Shown here: positions 9,433-19,779 of the stretch, piece after piece
Position numbering within the stretch: the stretch's first letter is position 1
How the letters are laid out: every line of letters begins with the position of its first letter
Virus record (IMG/VR): IMGVR_UViG_3300042540_001822
Coordinates: 1 to 64,000 of that record
DNA length: 64,000 nt
Direction: 5' to 3' (one strand)
Notes under the pieces: generated by a model
Databases searched by the model: none
Seen by the model: the letters and a program-made list of their open reading frames with translations, nothing else
Told to the model about the DNA's origin: nothing
Translations under genes and position numbers: made by a program

Positions 9433-10140
9433 TTAAAGTGATTTCCAAGTAAATCTTTTCACCAAATAATGGGTCACTTCAGAAGTTTCCGGAATATATT
9501 CCCTTGTAACGTTTGTATTAATCAAAACCCTAATTCTTCCTCTTAGCTTTAAAAATTCTTTCATCAGTTCAGGATCTTTAATTGTCCTGACTTTTCTATT
9601 ATCCCAATAAATTACAAATTTGTCGGGGAACCAATCTACTCTGTAAGAAATAAAATTTTTAGTTGGATCCTTGAATAAAAATCCTCTTCGAGCTCCCAAC
9701 ATTCTGTAGGGTTTAGGGTTGGATAAAAAAGCGTTGGATTCAATTTTATACCACCTAAAAGGGTTGAACAAATCAAAATTACGGTAATTAGGATTTTTTT
9801 TAGAATATCCCTCAAAGACGTCTAACTCCGGTGGCCACTGATCCAAAGGAGAAAGCCAAAAAGCAGGCCAAAGATTTTTTCCATAGGGGAGCTGTGCCTC
9901 TATCTCAAAGGTTCCAAAGTCAAAACCTTCAATGGAACAAACCAATCCGCAACCAGTTGGTATTGTCAAATCTCCAAATTGCCTGGGATTATGACGTGTT
10001 TTTAAATCTAGAATTCCGTCAGATCTAATTTCTGTAGCTTCCGGATCGGTCCACTTGTAGGTGTGATCTGGATGATAAGAACCCCATTCTTCCTGAAGTC
10101 TCCAATCATATCCGGACCAATTTATTTGTTCAATTTCCAT
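9433..10140 (-). CDS. GH16 glycoside hydrolase (laminarinase-like)
   Basis: LWPAFWL followed by the catalytic E-x-D-x-x-E motif (ELDVFE). Confidence 0.85.
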   Translation of the reverse strand: MEIEQINWSGYDWRLQEEWGSYHPDHTYKWTDPEATEIRSDGILDLKTRHNPRQFGDLTIPTGCGLVCSIEGFDFGTFEIEAQLPYGKNLWPAFWLSPLDQWPPELDVFEGYSKKNPNYRNFDLFNPFRWYKIESNAFLSNPKPYRMLGARRGFLFKDPTKNFISYRVDWFPDKFVIYWDNRKVRTIKDPELMKEFLKLRGRIRVLINTNVTREYIPETSEVTHYLVKRFTWKSL

Positions 10141-10144
10141 TTTT

Positions 10145-11002
10145 CTATGTTCCTAATTTTTTTAAAATTTCAGCTAAATTTCTAGCTCTTTCGCCAACCT
10201 GCTTAGCCCATCTTGATCTTAACATTTCAGATGCTGCTCTTTTAAATTTTTTAATTTTGAAATATTTTAAAAATGAATCGAATTTTAAAACACCGGTTGT
10301 TCCTAAATTAAAAACCATTTCTGTAAGAACACCTAATGCCGGCTCTGACATGTTTGTAGCCGAAGGTCCTAATATTCTACGTGCTCCTGCCAAAGCATTT
10401 TCTAAATCTAAAATTAGAAGATTCTCAGCTTGTTGTGGGGTTAGCTTTTGTGAACCTTTTTTTACTTTTGCTGAGTTAAGACCGATTTTCTTTAATTTTT
10501 CATCGGCGTCTTTTCTATTTAGATTAAATCCTACACCTACGGTGGGGATTCCTCTAGAATCCAAATACCTTTGAAATTTAACACCCTCGTGTTTTTTTAC
10601 TCTTTCTAGAATGGAGGAAATTATAGGATCTATTTTTGGATTAGCTTCCGATTGTTTAAGTCTTCGAAGATGGTTTTGAGCTTCTTGTTTATCTTTAAGG
10701 TCAAAAAGTCCTAATTCTCCAGTAATCGCGGATTGTACATCACGATATGAAAATTTAGGTGAAGAGGACATAATTTTGTTTACCATCTCCAATGTCTTCA
10801 AATCACCTATGGATCTTATTGCCTCTAAAAATTTTTTCTCGTCTGTTCCCAATCCACCAACCGAATTTTGGATTGAATTAGCAATATCCAATGTGTTAAT
10901 AGGTTGCCCAGTAGATTCATTTATTACGGAACGAGCAGAAAAAGATTTAAAATCTCGGAATTTAAAAATTCTAGAAGTAAAATTGAATTTCATCAAAAAC
11001 AA
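10145..11002 (-). CDS. T4-type (GH24) lysozyme with N-terminal annexin-like repeat
   Basis: HEG...YLDSRGIPTVGVGFNL and SRWAKQVGERA; N-terminal IANSIQNSVGGLGTDEKKFLEAI. Confidence 0.85.
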   Translation of the reverse strand: MFLMKFNFTSRIFKFRDFKSFSARSVINESTGQPINTLDIANSIQNSVGGLGTDEKKFLEAIRSIGDLKTLEMVNKIMSSSPKFSYRDVQSAITGELGLFDLKDKQEAQNHLRRLKQSEANPKIDPIISSILERVKKHEGVKFQRYLDSRGIPTVGVGFNLNRKDADEKLKKIGLNSAKVKKGSQKLTPQQAENLLILDLENALAGARRILGPSATNMSEPALGVLTEMVFNLGTTGVLKFDSFLKYFKIKKFKRAASEMLRSRWAKQVGERARNLAEILKKLGT

Positions 11003-11008
11003 TTCATC

Positions 11009-11257
11009 TTAATTTTTAGAATGATAAGTAGTCGTATTTCCCGTTTCTTTACGGGTTAAAATCTGTAGTTGTCTTTCAGTAGCGAATCCCCTTTGTCTTT
11101 TGAAAATAGAATCAACCACACCGTTTAGGTAAGCATCTCCACCCACTATGTTTCTCCAATAAGCCTCAGATTTAGGCATTCTTTGTGTTCTTTTTTTAGT
11201 TCCAGGAAGTTCTTCATTTGCCTCTTGGATAAATTGGGTAAATTTGATTAAAGCCAT
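11009..11257 (-). CDS. hypothetical protein with CTS-like N-terminus
   Basis: MALIKFTQFIQE. Confidence 0.7.
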   Translation of the reverse strand: MALIKFTQFIQEANEELPGTKKRTQRMPKSEAYWRNIVGGDAYLNGVVDSIFKRQRGFATERQLQILTRKETGNTTTYHSKN

Positions 11258-11260
11258 GTA

Positions 11261-11809
11261 TTAATTATTTTCTTCGTAGGATTTGATTGAATCTAGATTT
11301 TTGCCCACTAGAGTCATCAATTGTTGATTAACCTTTTTTAGGTTATCTATTATTTCATCCAATCTCATGTTATTTCTATAAACTTCGATGTGGTACATTT
11401 CCTGTTTTTTTGAAGATGAATTTCTACCCAATACATAAACCCCTTTAATATCAAATTGAGAAGAATCAGAGACTTCCCCAGAATCGTCTTGTTTGTTCAT
11501 AAGGTCAATTACTTCTTGAAAACTAAAGGTTCCATTTTTGATGGATTGAAAAATTTCTTCTCTCTCCTCTTCATCTATGTATTCATCAATTAAATCCTCG
11601 TCATAATAATTGAAAATTAAACCTGCTGCCTCTGATCTGGTGTGGGCTACACAAACAAATAAAAATCTGTCCAAGTCTCCTCCACAATTCGACTCCATGT
11701 CTAGCACCCAAGATTCTAAAGGTTGGTAAATTCCTAAATCTTCAAATCCAGAAATTAAATCTTCGATATCTTCGTTTTCAAATGTAATGAAATTTTTAAT
11801 GTTTTTCAT
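11261..11809 (-). CDS. acidic GFEDLG-motif protein
   Basis: MKNIKNFITFENEDIEDLISGFEDLGIY. Confidence 0.75.
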   Translation of the reverse strand: MKNIKNFITFENEDIEDLISGFEDLGIYQPLESWVLDMESNCGGDLDRFLFVCVAHTRSEAAGLIFNYYDEDLIDEYIDEEEREEIFQSIKNGTFSFQEVIDLMNKQDDSGEVSDSSQFDIKGVYVLGRNSSSKKQEMYHIEVYRNNMRLDEIIDNLKKVNQQLMTLVGKNLDSIKSYEENN

Positions 11810-11836
11810 GTACGGCTGGTTTTTTAGTTGAATTTT

Positions 11837-12517
11837 CTAAAAAATTCCCAAATCAGAAAATCCAGAAAATAGTTCTAGTTCATCGTCAAAACCAGGTGGT
11901 ATATTTATTTTTGCTTTAATGGGAGCAAAATCAGGCCAGTTCAAAACGGGGGCAATGATATGTATTCCTTGCGCAGGAAAAAATTCAAATAATTTATTCC
12001 AACAATCTGGATTCAAAAAAGAAGAAGTTTCAAGAGCTTTCTTTACATTCCCACATGCTGTAGTCCCACATGCTGTCTTAGACTCCAAAAGAACGTCTTT
12101 GGCATTCCAATCCTTACCTTTTTTGTCTATGTCTTTAGACTTAAAAGACCACCCGACAGAAAATGGCGACCCTGAATAATTTTCAAGTGGATTATCATCA
12201 ACATTGAATTTCTTTTTTACAAAAAAAGGAAATCCAGTTAGGTCTTTGAAATCGTTACTATAGGCATGGAAACTGCCTGAGACCTTTCCAAATTTTAGAC
12301 CGTGGGGAATCGCTTTTAATCTTTGAAATGAACAATCAAAATCTCCTTCTACGTTAATTAATTTTGATTTCGGATCTTGAGACCAAGACCCCTTGGTGCA
12401 TTTATTTAACCAATCCTTGAATGGATTGGGCAGTTCGTAAAACTCTTCACCTGCATCATTCGTGGACCAATCGTAATCTGATTCTTTGAAGAGTTTGAAA
12501 TTTTGAAGGTACTTCAT
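11837..12517 (-). CDS. LRR-like repeat protein with C-terminal GFSDLGIF motif
   Basis: MKYLQNFKLFKE; DLTGFP..V...F repeats; paralog of 2283 and 19794. Confidence 0.75.
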   Translation of the reverse strand: MKYLQNFKLFKESDYDWSTNDAGEEFYELPNPFKDWLNKCTKGSWSQDPKSKLINVEGDFDCSFQRLKAIPHGLKFGKVSGSFHAYSNDFKDLTGFPFFVKKKFNVDDNPLENYSGSPFSVGWSFKSKDIDKKGKDWNAKDVLLESKTACGTTACGNVKKALETSSFLNPDCWNKLFEFFPAQGIHIIAPVLNWPDFAPIKAKINIPPGFDDELELFSGFSDLGIF

Positions 12518-12528
12518 GTATTTTGTGT

Positions 12529-13017
12529 TTATGTTTGTGGAAACTTGATTAAATCTGCCATTCCAAATCCAAATTCATTTTTAATTTTTCGATCTGCCTC
12601 GAGAAATTGTTCGATCGAATTTAAATTAAAACTGCTCTCAAATCCATCTGACCCTGGTTTGGGATGGTCAATGATCCAAAAATTATCGATGGTATACTCT
12701 TTGGCAAACCTATGACTAGTCATGAGATAACCCAAATTATAGGAATCAAACTTTTCTTCGGAAAATTCAGATAAAATTTCTTCTATCTCAGATTTTTCAA
12801 ACTCTGCGTTATATAAAAAACTTTCTACAATTTCAAATGAAGAATTCCCTTCGATAATAAGAAGTTCACCCGAATGATTATATTCCTCTTGCACATAATA
12901 TTCAATGAATGCCAATTTTTTAACCTTATTTATTCCAAGTTCTTCAAATCCGGCAATCATGGAATCAATGTCAGATTCAGAAATCAAAAAACTCTGGATA
13001 TTTTGGAGATGCTTCAT
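12529..13017 (-). CDS. acidic GFEELG-motif protein
   Basis: MKHLQNIQSFLISESDIDSMIAGFEELGI; C-terminus FGFGMADL shared with 24346. Confidence 0.75.
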   Translation of the reverse strand: MKHLQNIQSFLISESDIDSMIAGFEELGINKVKKLAFIEYYVQEEYNHSGELLIIEGNSSFEIVESFLYNAEFEKSEIEEILSEFSEEKFDSYNLGYLMTSHRFAKEYTIDNFWIIDHPKPGSDGFESSFNLNSIEQFLEADRKIKNEFGFGMADLIKFPQT

Positions 13018-13036
13018 TCACGGAAGGAAATTTTCA

Positions 13037-13048
13037 GATATATATATC
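13037..13048. promoter_or_regulatory. palindromic GATATATATATC, putative bidirectional late promoter
   Basis: Lies between divergent genes 13017(-) and 13068(+); each strand reads GATATATA. Confidence 0.6.
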
Positions 13049-13067
13049 CAAAATTCAAATTCAAAAT

Positions 13068-13394
13068 ATGCGACATTTGGTTATTTATGAGTCTTGGTCC
13101 CAAGAGAAAACGATAGTTTTAGAATCTATCCGAAATCGTGCTAGAATTATTTTGAGCGTTCAGGCGGGCAGAATTCAAACAATAGATAATCCTAGGGGGA
13201 TTAGATTCCCTTGGTCTGAAGGCCAGACTTTAAACAGAAGTCTAGAAACTTGGGCTTGCAACAACGGGTTTACCATCAATGGAAAAGATCCATGTCCAGA
13301 AGAAAAAATATTTGGTATTAAAACCTCGGATATCCCAAAAGGTCACGAATGGAGAATGATGTTTCCGAATAAATTTAAAAAAACTAATTATTAA
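13068..13394 (+). CDS. hypothetical protein
   Basis: MRHLVIYESW N-terminus. Confidence 0.7.
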   Translation: MRHLVIYESWSQEKTIVLESIRNRARIILSVQAGRIQTIDNPRGIRFPWSEGQTLNRSLETWACNNGFTINGKDPCPEEKIFGIKTSDIPKGHEWRMMFPNKFKKTNY

Positions 13395-14920
13395 TGCCAA
13401 ATCCAGTTAAATATAATACTTCACCAGAATCCCTAGCTTTGAGAAGCGGGAATTTTTACCTTGGAACTGGTGATGTTCCAAAGGGAGGGACAACACTAGC
13501 ATATTGGGCTGGTGTAGATCCTCCAGGAGCAACAGCCTACACGATTTATCTTAATAAATCAGCAAATGGACCTTCTATCTACCAGGTCGGGGGAGGAGCA
13601 GATCTACAATCTTTGACAAATAGGATTGCAGGAACGATCCACACAACAGATGCACCTTGTATCGATTATTTCATGTCCCAATCGGATAAAATGATTGTTA
13701 ATAGGAATTTTGGACCCATCGTCACCAACGGTCTACAGTTTGCCGTGGATAAAAGATCTACTCTAAGCTGGAATGGAATTTCTGGGGTTATTGTTTATGA
13801 TATGCAAGGGGGAGGAACAAACTCTGTACCTTATCAGTGGGCTAATTCGTATGTTCAATCCTGGGCTGATTCTCCTTCTTCTCTAACAATCTGTTGTTTA
13901 ATAAGGAGAAGGGCAACACCTACAACATCCACACAATATCCCATTTCAAAATTAGGTACAATTGGTTCTAATTTTAACCTGGCTTCTTTTGGTTTAAGAG
14001 CTGTTTGGGATGGTTCTAATTCTTCCCTAACGTGGGTAGGTCCTGGTACTTCATCATATACTGCTTTGGGACAAGAAAATTTTGCAACTTTTGGAAGCGT
14101 AGTGGATCAAACCTCGTGGGTTGGTCTTCAGTATTCTTCTTCGACTGGTCAAGCTTGGTTCAATGGAAACAAAGTGGGAGGAACTGGTGGTACCACATTA
14201 GCAACTAACACTGGGAATTTAAGTTTATTAAGAATTCCCGGTACATCAACAACAGGAGCAGTCTCTTATGAAATTATTCAAGCTTTTTTTTACAACAGAG
14301 AATTGACAGATGCCGAAATGTACCAAAATTACCAAGCATCAATAGCTCCACCCGTTGGTTCTTTCTACGGAGGAGGTATAGTCTTTGCTACCGAACCCTT
14401 TGGAACCACGGGTGCTACCGGAACTGCATATATCGTGGCCAACGTGAATTCTGGTCCTCAGGAAAATCAAAATTCAAATTTTACTGTTACACCAACCCCT
14501 AATGCAACTAATGCTTTATATGCTGCGATTTCTGCATCGGAGTCAAATACAACGGCAATGCAAAATGCAGCTGCTTCTGCTGGTGTTACTGTCTCGGGAA
14601 TAGCCTGGGCCAGAAATTTATCAGAAGGGGGATTTGGGCCCGGATCTTGGTCATTGGCCTCTTTTGGGGCTGCAACAGCTATCCACAACAACATTTGGAA
14701 ACCATCGCCTGGAGCAAGCTCTGCAATAAATAGATTCGCATCGGGGATGACAATGTCAGCAGAATCTGTTTTGTGCTCCAATAAATCTGGTGCTTCTACC
14801 ACACAGGGAATGTCTTTTAATGATTCAGGAAGAACATCAATAATTAATCAAATAGCTCAGACTTCAAAAATTGCATGGGCTGTGAGATCTCAGACCTACT
14901 CGGTAACAGATGTAACCTAA
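13394..14920 (+). CDS. LamG/ConA-like beta-rich protein, possibly virion-associated
   Basis: Ser/Thr/Gly-rich; WFNG..VG and FFYNRELTDAEMYQNY typical of LamG C-termini. Confidence 0.65.
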   Translation: MPNPVKYNTSPESLALRSGNFYLGTGDVPKGGTTLAYWAGVDPPGATAYTIYLNKSANGPSIYQVGGGADLQSLTNRIAGTIHTTDAPCIDYFMSQSDKMIVNRNFGPIVTNGLQFAVDKRSTLSWNGISGVIVYDMQGGGTNSVPYQWANSYVQSWADSPSSLTICCLIRRRATPTTSTQYPISKLGTIGSNFNLASFGLRAVWDGSNSSLTWVGPGTSSYTALGQENFATFGSVVDQTSWVGLQYSSSTGQAWFNGNKVGGTGGTTLATNTGNLSLLRIPGTSTTGAVSYEIIQAFFYNRELTDAEMYQNYQASIAPPVGSFYGGGIVFATEPFGTTGATGTAYIVANVNSGPQENQNSNFTVTPTPNATNALYAAISASESNTTAMQNAAASAGVTVSGIAWARNLSEGGFGPGSWSLASFGAATAIHNNIWKPSPGASSAINRFASGMTMSAESVLCSNKSGASTTQGMSFNDSGRTSIINQIAQTSKIAWAVRSQTYSVTDVT

Positions 14921-15026
14921 AATTATGGTTTTTAATTCAATGTCCGATAATTACCACGGAAAATAAAGCCATGAAATATTTTTAATTTTTTTTCCAAGAT
15001 ATATAATTAAAAATTAGAATTTTAAA

Positions 15027-15485
15027 ATGAAAAATGTGATCAGATACGAAGACTTTGATGCCAATTCAAAACAAAGTATCCAAGAGTCTTTTTTTGGTTC
15101 AAATAAACCAAAACTTGGTTCTCTCCAGCCATACAAAAGACCAGGTATGCTCCAACAAATGACACGCAAGGCAAAAAGCTTTGTTGGTATAGAAAACAAA
15201 CAGGATCGGGAGAACTTCGAAAAGTTGATCACTGCACTGATGAATCCCCCTTACCCAGATTTTATCAGGGGAATCAAGGATGAAACTGGTTCTGACGGGG
15301 TGACCGCCATGGTGGCCTACACAGATATGGGAAATTTATTGGTTAGATGTGACGATAAAGATCCTATGATTTCTTTCAAAGGAAGAAATTTAGATTTAGC
15401 TGATTTAGAGGAAGAGTGTGAACGACTAGTCAGTCTTCTGAAATTAGAGGCAGAAGACCACGGTCCATATCCTAATTTTCACTAA
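15027..15485 (+). CDS. hypothetical protein with CTS-like N-terminus
   Basis: MKNVIRYEDF...IQE; GATATATA at 14998-15005. Confidence 0.7.
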   Translation: MKNVIRYEDFDANSKQSIQESFFGSNKPKLGSLQPYKRPGMLQQMTRKAKSFVGIENKQDRENFEKLITALMNPPYPDFIRGIKDETGSDGVTAMVAYTDMGNLLVRCDDKDPMISFKGRNLDLADLEEECERLVSLLKLEAEDHGPYPNFH

Positions 15486-15736
15486 AATTTAACCTCCTGA
15501 AGGTAGGTATATCTTCCGCACGAGTCTTTAATTTGTTTTCTATATGGAAGACCCTTTCCAGTAGATTGTTTTTGAATGAAATAAAATTCACAAAGTCCGT
15601 TTCCTAAATCTTTTTGATTTATCATTTGCCAGGAACTAGATTTATCTGGACCCAAGCAAGAAATGAAAATGCAAGAAAACAAAATAAATAGAAAAATCAA
15701 CTTTGACATCTTGTTTAAATTTTTGGAATTATACAA
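15482..15736 (-). CDS. putative lipoprotein
   Basis: Hydrophobic stretch followed by a lipobox-like FISC. Confidence 0.55.
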   Translation of the reverse strand: MYNSKNLNKMSKLIFLFILFSCIFISCLGPDKSSSWQMINQKDLGNGLCEFYFIQKQSTGKGLPYRKQIKDSCGRYTYLQEVKF

Positions 15737-15769
15737 GACAATTTGAGATTGTTCCGGTATAACTCCTTG

Positions 15770-16969
15770 CTACCTAGACCATCTTCTGGTGAAAAAATCA
15801 GATAAATTCCCACCAGGGCCAGCCTCATTTAAAGTCGCCCACCTAGATACAAGAATTGTGATTAGAGATGTAATAAGAGAGGTTACCCATATGGTCCACG
15901 TTGGTGGATCTACGCTCAAGTAAGAGAATTCTTTGAAGTCTTTTCTTACATAATGTTCAACCACCGAATTTTCAACTGCTTCAGATATTTCTAAAGGTTT
16001 GAATTTTCCAATTTTCATAATTTCTTCTCTTACCTCTGGAATAATTCTTCTGCTAGGCGACCACGTGAATGGACGGACCCATTCGATTTGGGCGTTCTTT
16101 GAATTCATACCAACGCAAACAACAAGTTCGTTGTCGTTGCCGCCATCCCAGTATGCTTCTTGCATGGATGCAGCCAAAGGTGGTTGATTCTTAAAAAACA
16201 AAAAGAAAATTCTAACCTTCTTTTTAGGTCCAAGTTTACCGTTTAAATGTGAAAACTTTTGTTTAAAAAATTTAACGTTGATTGGATTTAGTTGAACCAA
16301 AGAATCCAAACCCAAAACTGTTTCTTGTTTCCACTCATTTACTTTGGGGTATTCGAATAGTTTGTATGTTTTAACATCATCTGGAGTCACATTTGCAAAA
16401 TCAAAAGCAGAGTGTGCTGCCTGAACCCTATTTTCGTACCAGTGGCTGGTTGTTGTAGACTTAGAGTGTATTGGATTAAAATCCCAATCAATTTTGTACA
16501 TATCCCCGTCTTGTCCACATCCCCATCCTCCGTGGTTAATACTTCTGTCAAGTTCTACAAATTGAGGTGATGCTTTCCATAATTTGGTAAGGTACTGGTA
16601 GTAAGACTTAGATATAGAAAATTCTTCTCCCAAAGAATTTACAACAGTCCATCGGGGAGGATTCTTATCACAATACGAGCAATCGTAGGTTACCGTGTGA
16701 GATGTTTTTCCGTTAGAGATTGTTCTGGTACAAGTTTTGTGAACATATGTTTCCCAATATTCGTAATATCTAGCACCCGTAACCAACGCTCCATGGAATT
16801 CAGTGTCATTGACTTGAATTTTTTCAACAGAAAATTTGAAAATCAGAATGAAAAGAAAACAAACTATGGCTGGAACAATGACTTCCCACCAGGCCAAAGT
16901 GTGTTTATACCACCGAAGCAAAACAAATGAACCAATAAAGGGAATTACAAGACAAATCCAAATTGACAT
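15770..16969 (-). CDS. membrane protein with N- and C-terminal TM helices and a large soluble domain
   Basis: Hydrophobic termini; AYWDGGNDNELVVC segment; downstream of the LemA-like gene. Confidence 0.75.
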   Translation of the reverse strand: MSIWICLVIPFIGSFVLLRWYKHTLAWWEVIVPAIVCFLFILIFKFSVEKIQVNDTEFHGALVTGARYYEYWETYVHKTCTRTISNGKTSHTVTYDCSYCDKNPPRWTVVNSLGEEFSISKSYYQYLTKLWKASPQFVELDRSINHGGWGCGQDGDMYKIDWDFNPIHSKSTTTSHWYENRVQAAHSAFDFANVTPDDVKTYKLFEYPKVNEWKQETVLGLDSLVQLNPINVKFFKQKFSHLNGKLGPKKKVRIFFLFFKNQPPLAASMQEAYWDGGNDNELVVCVGMNSKNAQIEWVRPFTWSPSRRIIPEVREEIMKIGKFKPLEISEAVENSVVEHYVRKDFKEFSYLSVDPPTWTIWVTSLITSLITILVSRWATLNEAGPGGNLSDFFTRRWSR

Positions 16970-17108
16970 GGGAATTTATTTAAAAAAAGAAATAAGGGCT
17001 GATGTCGTTCTAACCGATTCTATCCTGTTAGACACGGCGAGTAATAAGAAACATCATTTTCTCTACACCCTTATTTTTCCGACACCTAGGTGTTGAGTTG
17101 AATTTGGT

Positions 17109-17666
17109 TTAGAAAATCTGAACGTCGTTGTCCTTGCCTTTTTGAATCACCTCGTCTGTACGATCTGAAGTGATAGGCTTATAAACCAACCTGGATCTTC
17201 CCATAAGATTCGATAAAATCCACCCAGAAGGAAACATGGTCATGATATTATCGTGTTCTAATACGATAGATTGAATCATCTTTTCTTCCATGAAAAATCC
17301 ATCTCTCTGTGCTTCAATTGCTCTACTGAGATCCCCATATAAGGAGGAAACAGCCTCAAAGTTGGAATTTGGATTTGACTCTTGAACCCACTTCATGAAT
17401 AAACCTTGGGCGTCTTTTCTACCTGCCATAATGGCGTCAACGTTTCGGGCAAAGGAGCTGTCGTTTCGAACAGCGACCTGTGATTTTTGGGACAAGGTCT
17501 TCCACATTTTATCGTAGAAGGCGGAGCGCTCGTCTATTTTTTGTTTAAATCTATTGGACAATGTTTTCTCTTGGTTTGAGATAGAAACTATGCTGATCAT
17601 CAGCAGTCCGAAAATAAGTCCACCAATACCTAGAATGGCGAACTTGACGATGTTTGAGTTTGTCAT
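17109..17666 (-). CDS. LemA-like membrane-anchored helical protein
   Basis: N-terminal TM, helical body, YGDLSRAIEAQRDGF, FPSGWIL. Confidence 0.65.
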   Translation of the reverse strand: MTNSNIVKFAILGIGGLIFGLLMISIVSISNQEKTLSNRFKQKIDERSAFYDKMWKTLSQKSQVAVRNDSSFARNVDAIMAGRKDAQGLFMKWVQESNPNSNFEAVSSLYGDLSRAIEAQRDGFFMEEKMIQSIVLEHDNIMTMFPSGWILSNLMGRSRLVYKPITSDRTDEVIQKGKDNDVQIF

Positions 17667-17707
17667 GTGTTTTTATTTTAAGGAGTTAGATATGAAAAGT
17701 TTCGTAA

Positions 17708-17857
17708 TTATAAACAATTCCAACAAATACCATCTGTGTATGAAGTTCCTAATAATTCTGGCAAATGAACACGGGTTCTATATTTTTTCTCACTTCCACA
17801 AAGAACACAGATGTGAATTTCTGTTGAGTACCAATATTTTCTGTCTTCGGACTTCAT
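17708..17857 (-). CDS. small Zn-binding protein
   Basis: CVLCG...CWNC; start set at MKSEDR. Confidence 0.5.
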   Translation of the reverse strand: MKSEDRKYWYSTEIHICVLCGSEKKYRTRVHLPELLGTSYTDGICWNCL

Positions 17858-18093
17858 TATTATTGAAAGTATGTTAGATTTTGGTTTTTTTTCTTCTGGT
17901 ATCAATTTGTAACCGTTTGAAATCCAAATATACGATTTTTTCTGATAACTTTCTCTTTTTCCGGAACTTTTTTTTTGTTTTAACTAAAATTATTTGCACA
18001 GCCTTTCCCGGTGATGTCCAGAGTCTTCTGACTTTCGAGTGGTTTTACCGCCACAAATGGATTTCAACAAAAAAAAAACAAAGGTAAAGCAAC

Positions 18094-18885
18094 ATGATAA
18101 ACACATCACATCTGTCTGTGGATTCTAGGAATCCCCAGGCATGGATCGCCATCCAAAAGAACAGGCTAAAAGTCCATTCGGGTCAAAAGGTATTTTTGAA
18201 CGATGGCCAGGAGTTTCAAATCGAACTCCATAATCCAACCCAGTCTAGATTGCTGGTAAAATTCCAACTTAATGGTCGATATCCCTCCCACCGGGGGTTA
18301 ATTTTAAACCCCGGACAAAGGTACTTTCTGGATCGATTTTTGGACGTCCAACGTCGTCTAACCTTTTCGACCTACGAGGTCGAAGACAATTCAGAATCTA
18401 GAGAGGCAATATCCAAAAACGGCTTGCTCAGGATTGAATTTTACGCGGAGGAAACACCTCCACCAACGAATTGGCTTACTTTCAACAACACCGGGACATT
18501 CAACGCAAATACCTGGAACAATTGTCTGAATCTTAAAGGTCATTCAGTAACGACCACGGGGACTTCTATATCTTCTAATTCAACATTTACCGGGACTTCG
18601 TATTATTCCGGAGAAACATTCGGTTCGCTCTGTGAAAATCTTTCCTCCAGGATAAACTCGTTAGAAACAGGAAGAATTGAGGAGGGCAAGAATTCAAACC
18701 AGTCGTTTTCTGAAGGTCACGGGAAATTCAATTCTTGGACCAGCTTTGTCACGGAAATTAAACTTCTCCCTTCTTCTAGAATGGAAATGGAAACTTCCGA
18801 GATGAAAACCTACTGTACACAGTGTGGAACAAAGAAAAAAAAGTCGGCGTGGAAATTCTGTCCACAATGTGGAAATAAAATGTAA
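18094..18885 (+). CDS. hypothetical protein with C-terminal zinc ribbon
   Basis: CTQCG...WKFCPQCGNKM. Confidence 0.75.
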   Translation: MINTSHLSVDSRNPQAWIAIQKNRLKVHSGQKVFLNDGQEFQIELHNPTQSRLLVKFQLNGRYPSHRGLILNPGQRYFLDRFLDVQRRLTFSTYEVEDNSESREAISKNGLLRIEFYAEETPPPTNWLTFNNTGTFNANTWNNCLNLKGHSVTTTGTSISSNSTFTGTSYYSGETFGSLCENLSSRINSLETGRIEEGKNSNQSFSEGHGKFNSWTSFVTEIKLLPSSRMEMETSEMKTYCTQCGTKKKKSAWKFCPQCGNKM

Positions 18886-18919
18886 ACCCAACGGGAAGGG
18901 TCAGTGTCAGTCCTCGGCT

Positions 18920-19432
18920 TTATCTCCGGGGACTTTTTGTGTCTCCCAGAATTTTTTTCACCATGCCATACACATCCCCATATTTGTCCATTGTTTGAAG
19001 TGTTTCTTCGTCCTTAATATCACAGTCTCGCAAATGAACTTTTTCCCCATTCAAGGGCTTAAAAAAAACTTTTAAAATACCTCTTCCCCTTTTGATATCT
19101 ACGTATGGTGAATATAAATATTCAACTTCTATAATGATATTACCCTTCAAATAAAATTCTAAAGAAAAATCACTTTCTCCTGCACGGCCTGTGACTCTAA
19201 TTACCTTTTCCCCCGTAGATTCTTCGATTTGTTTTTCAACATATCCCACCATTGAATTTTTATCATTCTCTGAGTTGAATTTATCCCAAATTTCAACTTC
19301 TGGATAAGGTGGGGGTTTTTGGTTTACCCCCAGATCCTCGAACCCTGAAATTAAATCATCAATTTCGTTTTGATTTGGAATTTCGTTTTCTTTAATTAAC
19401 CTTAAATCTTCGAATTTAAAAAGATGTTTCAT
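18920..19432 (-). CDS. GFEDLG-motif protein
   Basis: MKHLFKFEDL...EIDDLISGFEDLGV. Confidence 0.75.
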   Translation of the reverse strand: MKHLFKFEDLRLIKENEIPNQNEIDDLISGFEDLGVNQKPPPYPEVEIWDKFNSENDKNSMVGYVEKQIEESTGEKVIRVTGRAGESDFSLEFYLKGNIIIEVEYLYSPYVDIKRGRGILKVFFKPLNGEKVHLRDCDIKDEETLQTMDKYGDVYGMVKKILGDTKSPRR

Positions 19433-19467
19433 GGATTCAATTCATTAAATTGTAAATTGGGCTAACC

Positions 19468-19779
19468 CTATTCATAGCGATCGTCAAAAACTTTTTGTGC
19501 GAATTTCTCATCAAATTCTTTTAACTCTGATGGTGTTAGATCCTCACCATTTAAATATTTAGCATTCGTAATCCAAAATTTAAAAAATCCGTCATAATCT
19601 AAGCCTTCGACCTCGAGTTCAATGGAATCATCACTCACCCATTTGCCCTTGAAATACAAATCTTTAGGACCCGGTTTGGGATTAATCCCTAGCACCTCGA
19701 ATCCTGTAAGCATACCATCTAGTTCATCCTCTATATTCTCTTTTAAATTGAAATCTTCAAATTTAAAAAGATGTTTCAT
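19468..19779 (-). CDS. GFEVLG-motif protein
   Basis: MKHLFKFEDF...ELDGMLTGFEVLGI; AATATATA at 19784-19791. Confidence 0.75.
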   Translation of the reverse strand: MKHLFKFEDFNLKENIEDELDGMLTGFEVLGINPKPGPKDLYFKGKWVSDDSIELEVEGLDYDGFFKFWITNAKYLNGEDLTPSELKEFDEKFAQKVFDDRYE

